Positions 48,401 to 63,342 of a stretch of 64,000 nt of DNA are shown piece by piece. The stretch lies in the NCBI GenBank assembly GCA_047967505.1, contig CM106538.1; one strand, written 5' to 3'. How positions within the stretch are numbered: position 1 is the first letter of the stretch; each line of letters opens with the position of its first letter. Position numbers and translations under genes: made by a program. A model generated the notes under the pieces. The model did not search any database, was not told where the DNA came from, and saw nothing but the letters and a program-made list of their open reading frames with translations. Origin of the DNA: Dipteris shenzhenensis. Its lineage: Eukaryota.

Positions 48401-50530
48401 CATGGCTGGGGCAGCAGGGGTACGATCCCTATATGGCCAATCCTTCAAGAAGTGTGGGCCCTAGTATTTGAAACAAGACACCAGAGGGTTTGAAGTACCT
48501 TGGTAGGGGCATTCACTTGCTCTATGGGGACCCTGGAAGGTGTAACATTGGAGTGGGGGTCTCCGAGCAATTGAGTTTAGATCTCTTGCCCTTGCATTTA
48601 GGGGGGCAGTCTGGAATATGGGGACCTGTTGATCCTCTGGTGGGAGGTAGTGGATCAGGGTGCCACTTCCCTCCTCATAGGGGTAGTAATCATGAGGTCC
48701 GTGAGATCCGGGTCCATCTCCTCCCAGTCGTTGGGCAATTCTTCTACCAACACTTGATTGACTGGGGCTATACGAGGTAGTGGGGGCTGTGGACCCAATA
48801 TGGGTGGTGGTAATGGAGCTTTGTACTAGGGTAGAGCTAGCCACGGGGCCACCTTGAGAGATCTGAGGGTTAGGCAGGACCATTAGGGCCAATGGGGGTC
48901 TCATTTGATACATGGGTTGGGGAAGGGACCTTGGAAATCGACATTGGGAGGTTTCATGATTTCCCCACCAATGGCAGTGTGTGCAGTAGAGTGACGGCCT
49001 TGCTCTTAGGCACAGGCACTCATTGGAGGGGTGGTTGCCATTGCATACCCCACACCATACATTGTCTCTCCATGGAAACAAGTGGGGGTTGCTTGGCACC
49101 TCCTTGGAGGTTCCTGTCCTCCACTGCTGGCCTAGCTGATCCAATAGATTGGAGGCCATCTCGCTCATATCCAAGCCCTTGGGTTCGTTAGTCTCCTTTT
49201 TGATTGATTCTACACTCGAGGACCTAACCGATGGAGCTATTTCTGAGGGAGCTGGGGCTTTATCCAAATTCACATTGTCCATCATGTTGTCACATATACA
49301 GATGGCCATCTTGCTACATAGATCAAAGTAGGGTTCATCACCATGAGGTGGTCGTGCAGCTTTGGGTCTATCAATCCGATAAGAAAGCGAGGCAACAATC
49401 ATTCATCGCTCATCTGCTCGTATGGTTTATAGCAGACATTGAGGTGCTTGATCCTGGCAATGTAATACCTTAGGGATTCCTTATCGTTTTGCTTTACACC
49501 ATACAATTGATTGATCAGGCTTCTCCATTTAGGCTGCTGGAGGCGAACCCCACAATAAAGGCCTTTCTCAATGTCTCCCAATTGATCTTTTATTTTGAGG
49601 TGAGAGCCCTATACCATTGGCCTGCTTTGTTATCCAAGCTGAGGCCAAATGCATTGGCCATCTCTAGGTCTCTGGGAGCACCAAAGTCTTCAAAAATATG
49701 TTCAAACCGCTCCACGTGGGAGACTGGGTCTCCTTCTCCAAGGAACTTGGTCATGGCTATGGGATGGCTCCTCGAGGGATTCGCATTCCCTGCAGGAAAA
49801 ACTGGGGTAGGTGGAGGTGGTGTGGCCCCCCTTCTTAGGGCGTTCACCAAGATATGCATTGCCTCATAAGTCAACACTATTTGAGCGGCTAGTTGAGGTG
49901 GTGTTGCTATAGGCCTGACGGGGCATAGGGCTCGGGCTGGCCTAGGTGGTGGTCCCCACATATTTGCTAGTATTAGCATTGGAATGGATGTGCCAAGACC
50001 TTCATTCATTGGTGCAACCGGTATAAATGGGAAGGGATGGACTCTCGGAGGAGGGGGGTCTTGGGGCATGGGAATGTTAGTTCCATGCAATGGGCAGTAG
50101 GGTGGAAACTGTGGTGCCCCATAGTTGACGAAGGCTGGTGGCACCGAGGTTGTTGGAGGTTCATAAGGCACTTCACCTTGAAGTTCCTAGTATCCCCTCG
50201 GCTGGGGTCTTGTCTTGAGAATTCCCTCATCCATGGATCTTCATCATCCATGTTTTCCCACTAGGAAGGCCTCGCATAGGCAGAGGGTCCTGGATCGGTG
50301 AAGTTCCGTCGAGAGCCTGGCTGCTACTGGCCTTCCCTCCTTGTGGACATGTTGGCAAAGGGGTTCTCCATGTCTGTCGACTCTATTCGGCCTAAGTGGC
50401 CAAACATGTTGGAGAATGTACCTCTAAGCCTAGATGCAACCGAAGGTGCAGGTGAGTTGGGAGAGGCTACACTTGTGAATGCAGCTTCCGATGCCCTTGG
50501 ACCCGAGGAGTCTTGCATCACTTCTTCCAA
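45411..50530 (-). mobile_element. Ty3/Gypsy gag-pro-RT pseudogene (Athila/Tat-like RT signature), truncated after RT
   Basis: Gag KFLGEGDPVSHVERFE...FGLSLDNKAGQWY, multiple CCHC-like knuckles, protease ILDGG...AILGRPFL (47094-47345), RT DGFSGYNQV...KTAFTTEWG...FGLTNA.ATFQR, EVFVDD, LNSLKC.F...ILGHIVS. Confidence 0.9.
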
Positions 50531-52610
50531 ACTCTCTGTTTCATGAACTAGATAGAGTTTTTGGTCGAGGACCTACTAGCGAGTGGAGGCTTGAGATCGA
50601 GCTTTCGGATTCTCAGCTAGGACGGAGGGTGGCTGAGCGTAGCTTAAAGCACTCTCTTTCGACATGGGATCCTTTAGTAAAATCCTTCCAGACCTCAAGT
50701 GCATGTGGGATGCCTCTGGCTGAGCACACTCAAGCTGAACTAAGGTTCTTGAATTTTTTAATTCTTTGGCTACCCCAAAGGTATCACGATAGTCAATGGG
50801 ATAGCTCTATAGCGACGGTCAGAGGGATCCGATATCGCATCGAGAGGTGGAATACGGGTATGACGATGGTAGCGAAGTAAGCGTATAGTGACAATGGCAG
50901 AGTACGAATGACACCGAGCGGCAGTATAGATGTATCACGACAATCGGTGGGTAGATCTTGCCACGTGTATGGCAGGATCTTAGGTCAACAAGATATGGAT
51001 GAAGTGCCGAGTAGCAGTATAGATATCGCGACGGTCGTGGCGATCGACAATCGCATCGGGTGGCGTGATAGGAGTGAAACAACGATCTACAAAATTGGCA
51101 TAAGGCAACAAGCAGTGGAATCAAATAGTGATGGGTGGCATGATCGACATAAAAAGACGGGCGAAGGGGTGCCAATAAGACCACGGGCATGGGGATAAGT
51201 TCACCGCATCGACGGCAGGGTAGTAGACTAGCGATGATCGATGTAATAGCTTTATGGCATCGAGTCAACGGCTGTCAGGTCAGCGGGATAGCAACTCTAA
51301 CATGCATTTAATTGGGGTAGTGGGTTAGGCCGTGGTCAGAGGTTAGGTCGACGGGATAGCTCTATGGTGCCGAGTCAACAGGGTTTGATCGATGGGATAC
51401 GGCTAACGCATCGACCAGCAGGATAGCTCTATGGCACCGACTTGGCGAGATAGGAAAACACAGTGTGGCCAACTGATTTTTGATGATTCTTGAAGATTTA
51501 GAAGTTTTTGTTCATGTTTTTTTGTGATGGGGGGATGCTAAACTATCTAATCTACCTACTCAATGAAAAAAACTTGAAGAAAAAACACTTTTTGGAAGCC
51601 AAAATGCAAATTTTCATGAAGGGTGAGTTCTAAAACACAAAACAAGTTCAAGATTTGGCAAGAATCAACATTTTGGTTTTTTTTTAATGGGATTGGACCT
51701 CATACACTCCTTAGCAATCACACCCACTATGTTCCTATCAACTTAAAACACTAAAAAGCATCAAAAACAAGCTCTCAATGCTCCATAATGACTTTTTAAC
51801 AAGAAAAAACAATTTTCCTACTTGTGTCAATGAATTTGGAAAGATTCAATTCTGAGTGCCACAACCAAAATTTGTATATCGCCTGTTTCTTCTTCTTCAT
51901 TTCTCCATCCGCACAACTTGTTCCTATTCCCCACTCTATTGTTCCATCTCTTTTTCCCACACCCCCTATGTTCACTTCCCCTTTTCAGGTGTGTCCTCTT
52001 CTATGAAGATAATCCCTACATCCCCTTACATATCTGCTCCTCAATGGCGCTCCCTAGCTCCTTGCCTCCCACTTTTCTTCCCCCTTTAGATATCCTTTTC
52101 TGGTTTTCTTGCTATCTTTCTCTCCATAGGTCGTACAGCATCCGCGATGACGAATGGAATAAGCCAAGCCCAATGTGACGCGATGAGGTCTTGAAGCAAA
52201 GAATAAGTTGAGGATAGAAATATGATGGCAGGCCACCACTACGACAATTCAACTCATTTTCGACACTTTTTTCAACGAAAGATACTCTTTTTTTTCAAAC
52301 TCTGATATACGTCCAAAAAAAATTTTATATTAGCGTTGATAAGGAAGCGTTAAAAAACAATTGTTATTGAAGTCAAAATTTTCATCGATATGCAAACTTT
52401 CGACACTAATATCAACATTTATATCGATGCTCTTATCAATGGTTACTGAGTTTTCTGGAGTCCTCTTTTGATGCTTTTGTCGATGGTAATATCAACTCTA
52501 GGATACAAGTTTTTACTACAATACTGACGCTAATATCGATGCTGGTAAAAAATCTCGAAGCCTTATCAATGCTAATATTGACGATTTATTTTGTGGTCAA
52601 AAAATTTTTT

Positions 52611-54206
52611 GCATCAAAGGGATGGTCTTTACATCAGATGGATGTAAATAATGCCTTCTTGCATGGTGATTTGCAAGACGAGGTCTTTATGGAGCAGCCA
52701 CCAGGTTATGTTCATGCTGTTCATCCTGAGCTTGTTTACAGGTTGAAGAAAGCCTTGTATGGCTTGAAGCAAGCACCTAGAGCATGGTCTGTCTGACAAG
52801 ATAGGACAGTATCTTGTCACTATTGGCTTTCAGATCTCCAAGGCAGATTTCTCACTTTATGTGAGAAAAATAGAGAAAGGTATTATGCTGCTTGTCATTT
52901 ATGTTGATGATTTGATCATCACAGGTGATAGTGATGAAGATATCCTTCATGTGAAAATGCTATTGAAGTAGAAGTTTGAGATGAAGGATTTGGGAGAGTT
53001 GCGTTATTTCTTGGGCATTGAGGTGATTAGATCACCAAGTGGGATACGGCTCTTGCAGAGGCAGTATGGATTGGACATGCTATCCAAATATGGGATGACA
53101 AGTTGTAAGCCTATTTCAGTTCCTTTGGAGCAGAATGTGAAGCTGAGCACAGACGCAGAGGTGAGCTTTCGGAAGACCCTACTATGTACAGGCGCATAGT
53201 AGGAAGTTTGATTTATATGAATATTATGTTGAGCTATGTTGTAGGATTGGTAAGTCAGTTTATGCAGGCTCCAAGGAAACCGCATTTGGATGCGGCTAGA
53301 TGCATACTCAGATATGTGAAGTCCACATTGTAGTATGGACTATTTTATGAGGCTGGGGTTTAGATACAGTTGCATGGATACACTGATGCTGATTGGGCTA
53401 GTAGTATTTATGATAGACGATCTACCAGTGGATATGTGTTCTCTTTTGGGAGTGCTGCAGTCACTTGGAGTAGCAAGAAATAGCCTACAGTTGCCTTGTC
53501 GAGCACAGAGGCTGAGTACAGGGGTGCAACAATGGCTTCATGTGAGGTAGCTTGGTTGCATAAGCTACTTTATGATATGCATCAGTCTACAGATGGGCCA
53601 GTTGTCATTTATTGTGACAACATGAGCAGTATACACTTGGCAAATAACCCAGTCTATCATGCTAGAACAAAGCACATTGAGGTGCATTATCACTATGTGT
53701 GGGAGAAGGTTTTACTAGGTCTTATTGATCTAGTTTATGTCAGCACAGAGGATCAGGTAGCTGACATATTCACAAAGGCATTGGGCACAGAGAAGCTGTG
53801 CAAGTTCAGAGACCTGCTTTGTGTGCAGGAATTGGGATTGAGCTCGAGGGGGAGTGTTGAGATCTCGAGCTCCACTCGTGATATGCCAGGGTGACCGTTG
53901 TGCATTTATGTCACCGACTTGTTAGCTGCAGATGCGGTTGGTACACCGCCCATGAATAATAGCTAGATGACAGCTATCCTTATGTACTCTAGTTTGTGGC
54001 TCAGTTAGTATGCCACCTTAGTTAGCTGAGTTTGGTTTGAGACCCACATATAGGGTTCTTCTATTTCTTTGTACTAGAGTTCTTTTGGCTTTCACAACTA
54101 AGAAGAGGAAAACTATTTTCAGCCTCCACCTTTGTGTGTATTCCCCCATTGTGTATGTGAGAAAGCCGCAAGTGAGACTTCTTCCTTCTCTCCCACTATC
54201 TTCACA
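52611..54206 (+). mobile_element. 5'-truncated Ty1/Copia: RT, RNase H, PPT and 3' LTR
   Basis: [82 protein letters not shown] at 53846-53854, then the LTR starting TGTTGAG at 53855. Confidence 0.93.
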
Positions 54207-54269
54207 GTCTAAACTATAGTTTCAAGTGTGGCTTCCAAATTGTTGCTTCAAATTCATTGAATGGATCAA

Positions 54270-57200
54270 TGTCCCAGGTTACTCCAAACATTACTTCCAA
54301 AATGAAATACAATGCCGACATAAGAAAGGATGCAAAGAAGATGCTGGCATCATTAGGAATTGATTACTAGTCAATTCATGCATGTGTCCCAATGATTGCA
54401 TCCTTTACAGAGGAACATATGAGCACTCTACAAGCTCTCCACAATGTGGTGCATCTAGATACTGACAAGACACACAAGGAGACAAGATTCTAGGAAAGGT
54501 ACTCCGACACATGCCGATCCTAACACGCATGATGCACTTATTTCATTGTGAATCATTAGCTGGACTTATGGATTGGCATTCTCACAACTACTCGACAAAT
54601 GGAATAATCCCTCTGGATGGAAAGGCTTGAAGACATGTAGAGAAGAGGTGGCCAGAGTTTGGGCTTGAGCCTCTCCATTTGCATCTTGGGCCAGCTATGG
54701 ATGGTGTTAATCCCTTTGGACATCAGTCCACATCATGGTCAACGTGGCCAATAGTAGTCACAATATAAAATACTCCTCCTTGGATGACCATAAAGAAGGG
54801 AATTTCATGTTGGCACTCATTTTGCCGGGCAAGCACAAGGTGAAAAACATGGATGTGTATCTAGCGCCTTTGGTGGATGAGTTGCAAATATTATGGAATG
54901 GCATGCAAGTTTATCACATTTCAAACCCTTTGGGTCAACGTCATTTTCAAGTGAAAGGCATTCTAATGTGGACCATGCATGATTATCCTAGGTTGCATGA
55001 TTGCTTAGATACCAAATCTATATTCCTCTCAATTTTCTTATGCCTATTAAAATTCAAGATGTAACTTCAACCGATGCTCGTTGTCTCAGTGGTCCTTCTC
55101 TTCCACAAGATGTAACTTGTGTCCTTGCATTTTAATACTTTGTGTTTCCAAATTGTGGAGACATTTTGTGTGGTTGGCAATCAAAAGATCTAAACAAGGT
55201 GGTATATGAGAAGCACATGACATTTTTTCCTATGGACCATCTGTATCATGTGGATCCATCTTTTGGGGGGGCATAATTAGCTCCTATTCCTCCAATCACC
55301 AGGTCTGGAGATTGGGTGGGAGCGACTTTGGCATGATCCAAAAATCCAAACACCTCCACTTGGCATGCAATGTCTCTCCATATTTTATACTCTTCCTTAC
55401 TGGAGACAACACAAAGTCACATATCTATTAGACCCAATGCATATATTCAAAAATGTGTCTTGAAGTTTGTGGAAACATATGATTGGGGATAGAGACACCC
55501 CAAAGTCATGACCTGACTTGAAACTGATGAAAACCAAAAGAGCCTTTTGGCCAAGAGAAAACCATGCCAACAAGGTGATTTTGCCAAAGGCACCCTGGGT
55601 TTTGACAAAAGCAGAGGAGACCTAGGTCAAGAGCGTTATCGTGGGTATGAACACCCCAACCGGATACATGCATAAATTAAAGGGTGCCTTTACTTCCTCA
55701 GGAAAACTAATTGGTCTAAAGCCGCATGATTGGCACAAAATCATTTCTGGTAAGATTGCTTCCACTTCTCTTCAATCTATATTAAACCTATTGTTTGAAT
55801 TTGACTAACATAGCATTGTTTCTATAGTATGTACTTCCAATTGCTTTGTAGGGATGTAGTACTAAAGATGCATCAAAGGCTATCAACAAGCTCAGTGTAT
55901 TCATAAGGTATGTTAGAGGCTATACATATTCATGCCAATGTTTTGTGCTCATTGCAAAAGCAAGTTCCATTTCTTACCAACATGTAAATGCAGGTGGATA
56001 TCATCAAAACAGATGAAGAAATCTTCCATTTCACAAATGAGACTTCTCATGGTCGACGAATCCATATGTTTGATTAAAAAGGCATTTCCAATGAGTATCA
56101 TGGACATCCAATTGCATTTGCTTGTGCACTTGGCAGATGGAGTGGCATATGCAGGCACTTTACATAGCCGATGGATGTTTTTCTTGGAACGATTTACAAA
56201 GGTGTTGAAAGGGGTATGTAAGACAAAAAGCAAGACCAAAGGGAAGATGGAAGAAGGTTGGCTAGTGCAAGAGTCATTGTTTTACATTACAGAGTTTCTT
56301 ATACAGCTCATGCCAAACATGCCTTCACTTTGGGAGATGATAGCGATGACCCACATGTTGTAGGAGAGATCAAACAAGGGAAGGGAAAGAAAAGAAAATG
56401 AGTATTGCCTTGCAAAAAAAAGTGAACACATTTTGTCTTTACAATTGCGGAGAAATGGAGAAATGGCTCAAAATATATGAAGAAGAAAGAGCTAAAAGGG
56501 AGTAGGATAGAAAAGCTTGGCAAAGAGCCAATAGAGGTAAGAAGTATCCCCCGGAGTTATTAGACATGTCAACTAAATGCACCTTTGAGTGGACTGTGGT
56601 TGGAAGATGCTATTGAAACTGCTAGTGGAAGAGGGGAGATTGTGACAGTCAGGGAGGAGGAATTTATACGAGGTTGTGATCTAAAGGTATGTAATCATTT
56701 TGATTTTATTTACATTTGTCTACAGCCTTTTTATATAAGCTAATGAGAATCCATTACCTTTGTAGTATCATTTTTTCAATGCAATGTGGGCATATGGTAA
56801 TCATTATGAAGTAGAGAAAATTGATGTAAGGGAACAACACATTTGATCCAGGAGTCATGGCCAATTTTTCACAAGAGAGTAGAGCTAGTGCAAGGGATAG
56901 GCGAAATGGATTATCTTGGAACCATACAAGATATTTTGCAATTGAATTGTAGGAAATTCCAAGTATTTATATTTGATTGGAAATGGTTCAAAGTCATTTG
57001 TAGAGGTGCTCAGCAAGAAGGATCCAAGTGAATTTTTTGCCATTGACTCAACTAAAATGTGGGATGACCTTACTGAGACATTTGTGCTACACACGCACTG
57101 CGAGCAAGTAAGCATTTCTTGTATGGATATCATTTGTTGCTCGACTTCATCAAAGATTGTATGAGCATATCATGGATTTTTTGTCTTTCAACCCAATTGA

Positions 57201-57489
57201 GTGGACAACCAGTGGTGGTTTGTGATTCAATTTGCACCTAGAAACCGACATGTGTTTCGAGATGTGGAAGTAGAGAATGAAATGGAAGAGCAAGAAATAG
57301 ATGCATTGGAAGCTATCACTTCTAATACCCCTTCTACTAGAGTTTTGGAAAGTGAAGATAGTTTGAGCTCCTCAGAGGGTTTCTCATATACTGATTTGGG
57401 AGACCTCAATCTACATACTGAAGATGTGTGCTTGGCCATGGATGATCAAGAGGATGAGCATCAATCTCACAATGAAGATTCTAGTGATG
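54270..57489 (+). mobile_element. CACTA TnpD pseudogene (Transposase_21, DUF4218, DUF4216)
   Basis: NDCILYRG, MDGVNPFG..WP, DVYLAPLVDELQILWNG, TMHDYP, LDPMHIFKNV, GLKPHDWHK, HLLVHL, RWMFFLERF, WWFVIQFAPR and an acidic tail interrupted by the LINE. Confidence 0.92.
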
Positions 57490-57497
57490 TGAAAAAA

Positions 57498-59400
57498 ATG
57501 ATGGAAATTGACGAGGGAGAAGGAGAAGAAGACGCAAGATTTCACACTAGATCCCCCCACCCTCCACTGAGTTCTCATAGAGGACATGATCTGGGATATG
57601 ACTATGATGATGACATGGAATCAGCAGATAGGGCTGACGGCCTGACCCGGACAGGATCATTGATCCCATCCAAAGTGGTCTCCTGATGTGACCTTTGAAG
57701 ATGCATTTCCTGAACTCCCCAGAGAGAGCTCTTATAACTAACCTTCACCAGTTGAGCCTGAAAAGGGGCTAAGGGACCCTCAAACAAGATATACTTTCTT
57801 CCATTGTGAGAGAAACTCACTATCTTAGGAAAAAGATGGACGTTCCCCATCAGCCTCCAAATTTGGGAGAGGGGATGCCACGGTATCTTACTCGATGGCT
57901 GTTCAGAAAGCTAGAGGAGGGTTCTTTTCCCTCCCTGCAAGAAAGGAACTTACTACTCACTTTGCCAACTCAGGGAGGACTGACGACGAGGTCAAATGAT
58001 GCACTATTGCCCCCAAGCCACAAGAAACCAGAGACTCCCAGAGCAGATCAAAGGATGAGCAATGCCCTCAAGGAGGTGAAAGAGGAACCATTGGAACCCC
58101 TCAAGGAACCAAAGAAGGAGATAGAGGAACCCCAAGAGCCAAATCCCTCCAAAGCAGGAGTGACGGACCCCAAGGAGAAGAAGAAGGAAACAAAGAGTCC
58201 CTTCACCACGAGAAGGAAAAGGATGACCCACAGACCCCAGAAGACAGCGCCAAACCTATTGAAGAAGAAGAGACTACTGGTGGTGAGGGCCAAGAATCTC
58301 CAAGAGGTAAGCAGATTGCTGCCTTCATCAACGAAGACTTGCTTTTTGATTCCATTGAATGACTCAGCACCCATGCACTGATTGGATTCCTCCCAGGGCT
58401 TAGACCTCCTCTAGCCTTCATTGAGAATTGGGTGAGAGCAAATTGGGTGAGACAAGGCATTAGTGTCACCAATGTTAGATTTTTAAGGAAGGGTTTCTTT
58501 GTCTTCCTCTTTGAGTCTCCTACCATGGCCTCTAAGGCTCTCAACTATACCCTCTGTACTGTCAGACACCAACCTCTCTACTTAGAGAGGTGGAAGGAGA
58601 ACTTCAACCCTAATCTTCCTAGATCCACCATTACCCTAGTTTAGGTTGAGCTCTCAGATTTTCCTCTCTCTCTTTGCAACCAATTAGCTTCCTTGTGCAG
58701 TGGACTAGGTGAGGTAGTTGGAGTTGAGAAGGAAAACTTTATTAATCCTAGAGCTAACCCTCAGGTTTGTATCAAGATGGATATTGCTGAGGACCTTCCC
58801 AACACATTGGTAATGGTGAATAGGAATGGCAATGTGTACAGGGAACAACCCCTTCTCTATAAAAATCTTCCAAACTCTTTCTTCCTATGTGGACTCTCTG
58901 GTCATGTAGTTAAAAACTGCCCACAGAGGAGGGTCAAAGCTAAGCCCAAGGATCCTGCACCTACCAACAGAGTAAACAAACTGAAAAATGGATCCCCAAG
59001 ACACTTTCTTCTAAAAAAACCCTTCTCTGGAAGCAAAACCTTGCTCTCCCAGGACAAAGGCAAAGGGAAGCTGAATGACACTATAGTTCTTAACAATGCC
59101 TTTAACACCTTGGCAGAGAGTGAAATTGAGGAGTAAGAAAAATCATAACTTGGACCTTGATTCTCAAATAGAGCCAGGCTGGTCAAAAGATTTTGAAGAG
59201 GATATAAACAGAGAGGATGAGATGGCCTCTTCAAAATCAATGAGGAAGACCTAGAAGGTGATCAAGACATGGGGGTTGAAAAAGATAATGCTGACCAAGG
59301 TAAGGCTTTTACCCATGTACAAAGCAAGACAAAGCTCTCTCAAGGAAAAAATGCCTCCCCTCAGACAAACAACCCCAATCCCAGGGCTAGAAAGAGAACT
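57498..59400 (+). pseudogene. LINE ORF1 (DUF4283/RRM plus zinc knuckle), disrupted
   Basis: FLRKGFFVFLFES, LYLERWKENFNP, LGEVVGVE, LYKNLPNSFFLCGLSGHVVKNCP. Confidence 0.8.
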
Positions 59401-59407
59401 AAGAAGA

Positions 59408-62400
59408 ATGTCAAGTAAACCAATAGCCATCCTCTCCCTCAACGTCAGAGGGCTTACCGACCCTGGCAGAGGAGAAGAGTGAGCTTATTGCTGAGAACTA
59501 ATGCTCTTTCCCCTACTTTCTTGACTTTGCAAGAAGTTAAAGTTTCTGGGCCCTCTTTGGAGAAGAGACTTACTGCTATTGACAAGAGAAGGAAATGGTT
59601 CTTCACTGACCATGAGGAGGGCGGGCTAGCAATTGGAATACTCTCTAACTATGCTCAAGGTATACTGGATGTGGATCTGGACACACAGAACAGATGGATT
59701 ATGATTAAATGCAGTATGCACGGGTAGACTTTCATAGTGGTCTCCTTATATGCCCCTAACAGTATATAGGAAAGAATGGTGAGCTGGGAGTCACTTCTTT
59801 TGGCAGGAAATAAATGTTTTGTTGTTGGTAACTTTAACATGGTAGAAAGTTCCAATGGTAGATGGATGGGTAAAGGAACAGTCATTAGAGGCAGAGAACT
59901 GACCCTCTGGGAGGATTTGAAAGAAGATCTAAGTCTGGTGGACAGGGGGATGAAGGGCACTTTCACCTGGTCAAACAGTCAAGTGGGGGACAATAGAAGA
60001 GAGGCTAGACTTGATAGGATATATGCTTCACAAGAGCTAGTTAGACAGACCAGCTCTTGTCAAACTCAGATCTTCTCCTCTTTCTTTCTTTTAGATCACA
60101 AGCCAATCCTTCTCAAGTGTGACTTTGGCTTGGGCCAAAAAACCACTTCATGGTTTAAGGCTGATCCCAACTTTTTTGACTTGAGGAGTGTCTAAGAAGG
60201 TGTTAAATCTACCTAGCTCAAGGCTTTCACTAATTTTCCCTTAGCCAGTGTGGCCTGGTGTACTACAGTTGACCAGACCCAAAGGCTCCTTAGAAAAGCT
60301 AGAAAGGATAGAGCTAAAATTAGAGCCAAGAGAATGGATAGCATTCAGAGCATGATTACTTCCTTAGAGAACCTAGCTAGACAGGGGGACCCAAAGGCAC
60401 AGGCTAACTTGGTTCTCAAAAGAAATGAATTTAGGATTCAAGAGTAGATTCTTCTGAATGACTCAAAAATATACTTCAGAGATTGGTGCCCTGATAAAAC
60501 TGACAGACCTACCAAGAAGTATTTCAAAATTATTAGAAGGAAAAGGTCCAATGAAGAGGTCCCCCTTCTTAAAAAAACTGACAACTCTTTGGCTCTATCT
60601 AATGAGGAGAACATTGACCTCATTTAGCTTCACTTTCAGAACTTATTGTCCTCCACCATTCAAGTAGACAATGAAGTGATCAAAGCCAGGGGACTTTGCA
60701 AGGAGGCTAGAAAAAACACTGTTCTCAGCTTTGACAACAAGTACCTGGAGAAACCTTTGACTATAGATGAGCTTTTTGAAGCTGTCAAGGTGATGGCTGA
60801 TGGTAAAACACCAGGAGAGGATGGTCTACCAATTGAATTTTATAAAAAATTCTGGTCCACATTTGGCCCATACCTCCTCTTCTTATGGCAGGAAAGTGTA
60901 AAAAATGGGACCTTGCCTACTCACATCAATGGTGGTGTTATTAAACTTATTCCTAAGGAAGGAGATAAGGCTGAGCTAAGGAACTGGAGACCTCTCACTA
61001 TGCTCAATTGTAGTTATAAAATCTTTGCTAAAGCTCTGGCTCCAAGCTCTGGCTCTGAGGGTAAAAAACAGAATGGCTAAGTGGATCCTACCAGAGGAAA
61101 AGGTTTCATAAAGGGCAGACATTTACTGGAAGCCATCATCAACATCTAGGAGGGTTGTGAGTATGCCAGAGAAACAAAACAGGACATTTGCTTCTTGAAG
61201 GTTGACTTTGACAAGGCATATGATAGACTTGAATGGGACTTCATCATCCAAGCTCTAGCTGACATGGGTCTTGGCCCCTTTTTCTTCTCTTTTATCAAAC
61301 TCCTCCTCACTAATGCTACAGCCAAAATATGTGTTAATGGGATCATGAGCCAATCCTTTGAGCTTAAAAGATATATAAGACAGGGATGCCCTATTGCTCC
61401 TCTACTCTTTGCAATGGCTGCAGACTCCTTGGGGTGGATTTTTCATCAACAAAGTCAAGAAGGCAAGTTGAAAGGTATTGAGCTACCCTCGGGCAAGCAC
61501 CTTATATGCCAGCATTTTGTTGATGATACAAACTTAACCCTCAAGAATGAACCACAAGACATCAAGGTGGCCATGGAGTCTTTAGAGATATTTTGCAAAG
61601 GATCTGGGTCCAAAATCAACCACTCCAAAACTAGATATGCAACCCTCAAAGGGGAGAAACAGCAAGGTTTGGAAGAGATGGGTTGCCAAAGAATCAAGCA
61701 TGGCTCAGTCTTTAGGATAGTGGGGGTATCCCCATGGGGTTTGATATTTCCCTCAAGCAAAGGTGGGATTAGTTCCTGAAGAGATTCCAAAACAAAATGG
61801 ATAAATGGAGAGGATTTCAAGCTAGTCTAGTTGGAAGAAGAACTGTTCTTAGCCACTGCATATACCCTATTGTTATCTTTTACCTCACAACATGGTCCCC
61901 CTCCAAAGCTGGAATTAACAGGTTCATAAAAAGCTAGAATTTTATGTGGGGAGGTAAGATACCCAAGGTTAGATGGGACTTCTGTTTCAAACCCAAGCAG
62001 GAGGGGGGACTAGGGGTTATTGATATAGAGCAAGTTGCTCTAAAACTCTCCTCAACCTAGATATTAAAGGCAATCCTACACCCTCTTGAAGATGGGGCTC
62101 AACTTCTCCTTAGGAATGTCAGCTCCCTAAGACCCCTCAGAGCCCTCAAGTGGAAAAATTACCCCATGCTGTCAGCTATTTGTAACCCAAAACCTTGCAA
62201 AGCTAAAGGCAGCCAGCTTTGTGTCTCTCTTTGGATAGCTTTTAAAGGGATCAAAAGCCAAATTGTCTTTTTAGGCAAAGGAGCTTTTATGACCTTGGAC
62301 TCAATTTGAATTTCTATCACTTTCAAAGAAGCTGTGCTTTCTGATGAAGAATTAGCTAAGGTTGCTCTTCTCTTTAAAAAGGGTTTGCAATGCTGGGGGC

Positions 62401-63342
62401 AGCTGTGGAACAAAGCTGAACTAAGGTGGAAAACATGGGTAGAGATTAGGAGAGAGTTTAGCCTAAATAATCAAAGCCAGTCACTCGTGTTGAATAGATT
62501 ACAACTTTGGAGTGCAGTCAGTAGTGGAAGGGGGGATCTTTCCTAGTCTATAGTAGAGAGTTCAGTTGGTTGGAGAGGGCCTCTTTCTTCCCTATACCCA
62601 CACCAAGGAGGGACATGGGAGATCTCTCCTGACTCCAAAGAGAAATGAAAATTCAGGTTCTGTGCCATTTGCTCTTCTTCAATTCTAGACAAAATGTCTG
62701 CCCTAATGTGGCTCATATTGCATATAGCTATGTGGACCAATATCAGAGGACTTAGGATTGGGAAGGAAAATGCGTGAACTGCTCCTCTACCAATGAAGAT
62801 ATTGTCCATCTCTTTGTGGCTTGTCCTGTGGCCAGAAAGGTTTGGAAAACAGTCTAACAAGGGAGCCAATAAAGCCATTTTACTTGGAGACTCTACAAGG
62901 ACAAAAAGCAGGAAACTTGGTCACCCCTGAGAGCACATGCACTTTGGTTCATATGGGTAACTAGAAATAATGTTCAGTTTAATCAAGTTGTATTGCAAGC
63001 TGACCTACTGTTTGTTAACTGGCTGAACAAGACGAGAAGAAAATCATAGAAATGATACACAACTTCAAAGCAGAGGCTGCCCTCTTCAATGCTGACCTTC
63101 AAGAACATACTCAAAGCTGGTTTGGGATTGATAATTCCACACCCAATGAAGTCCCTGCTGAGATCACTAAGTTTCTCAAATAGGTACCCTCCACAACAAT
63201 GAAAAAGGAACCAGACTCACCTTGTGAGGCCCAAGTAGATGACACTGAAAGCTCTTGGGATTCAAAGAGCTTCAATTTCTCTGACTACTTCAATGATGAC
63301 AATACAGATGACACAAATGACTCCTATATCCCTCTCTTTTGA
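59408..63342 (+). pseudogene. LINE ORF2 (APE endonuclease, reverse transcriptase, zf-RVT), disrupted
   Basis: ILSLNVRGL, LQEVK, VGNFN, RLDRIY, LDHKPI; GKTPGEDG, NWRPLTMLN, KVDFDKAYDRLEW, IRQGCPIAPLLF, FVDDT; CVNC....EDIVHLFVACP.ARKVW. Confidence 0.92.

Noticed and set aside
52611-54206. Continuation of the Copia truncated at 31575
   Set aside because: It repeats RT regions already present at 31.0-31.5 kb with a different sequence, and its LTR differs, so it is a separate family.
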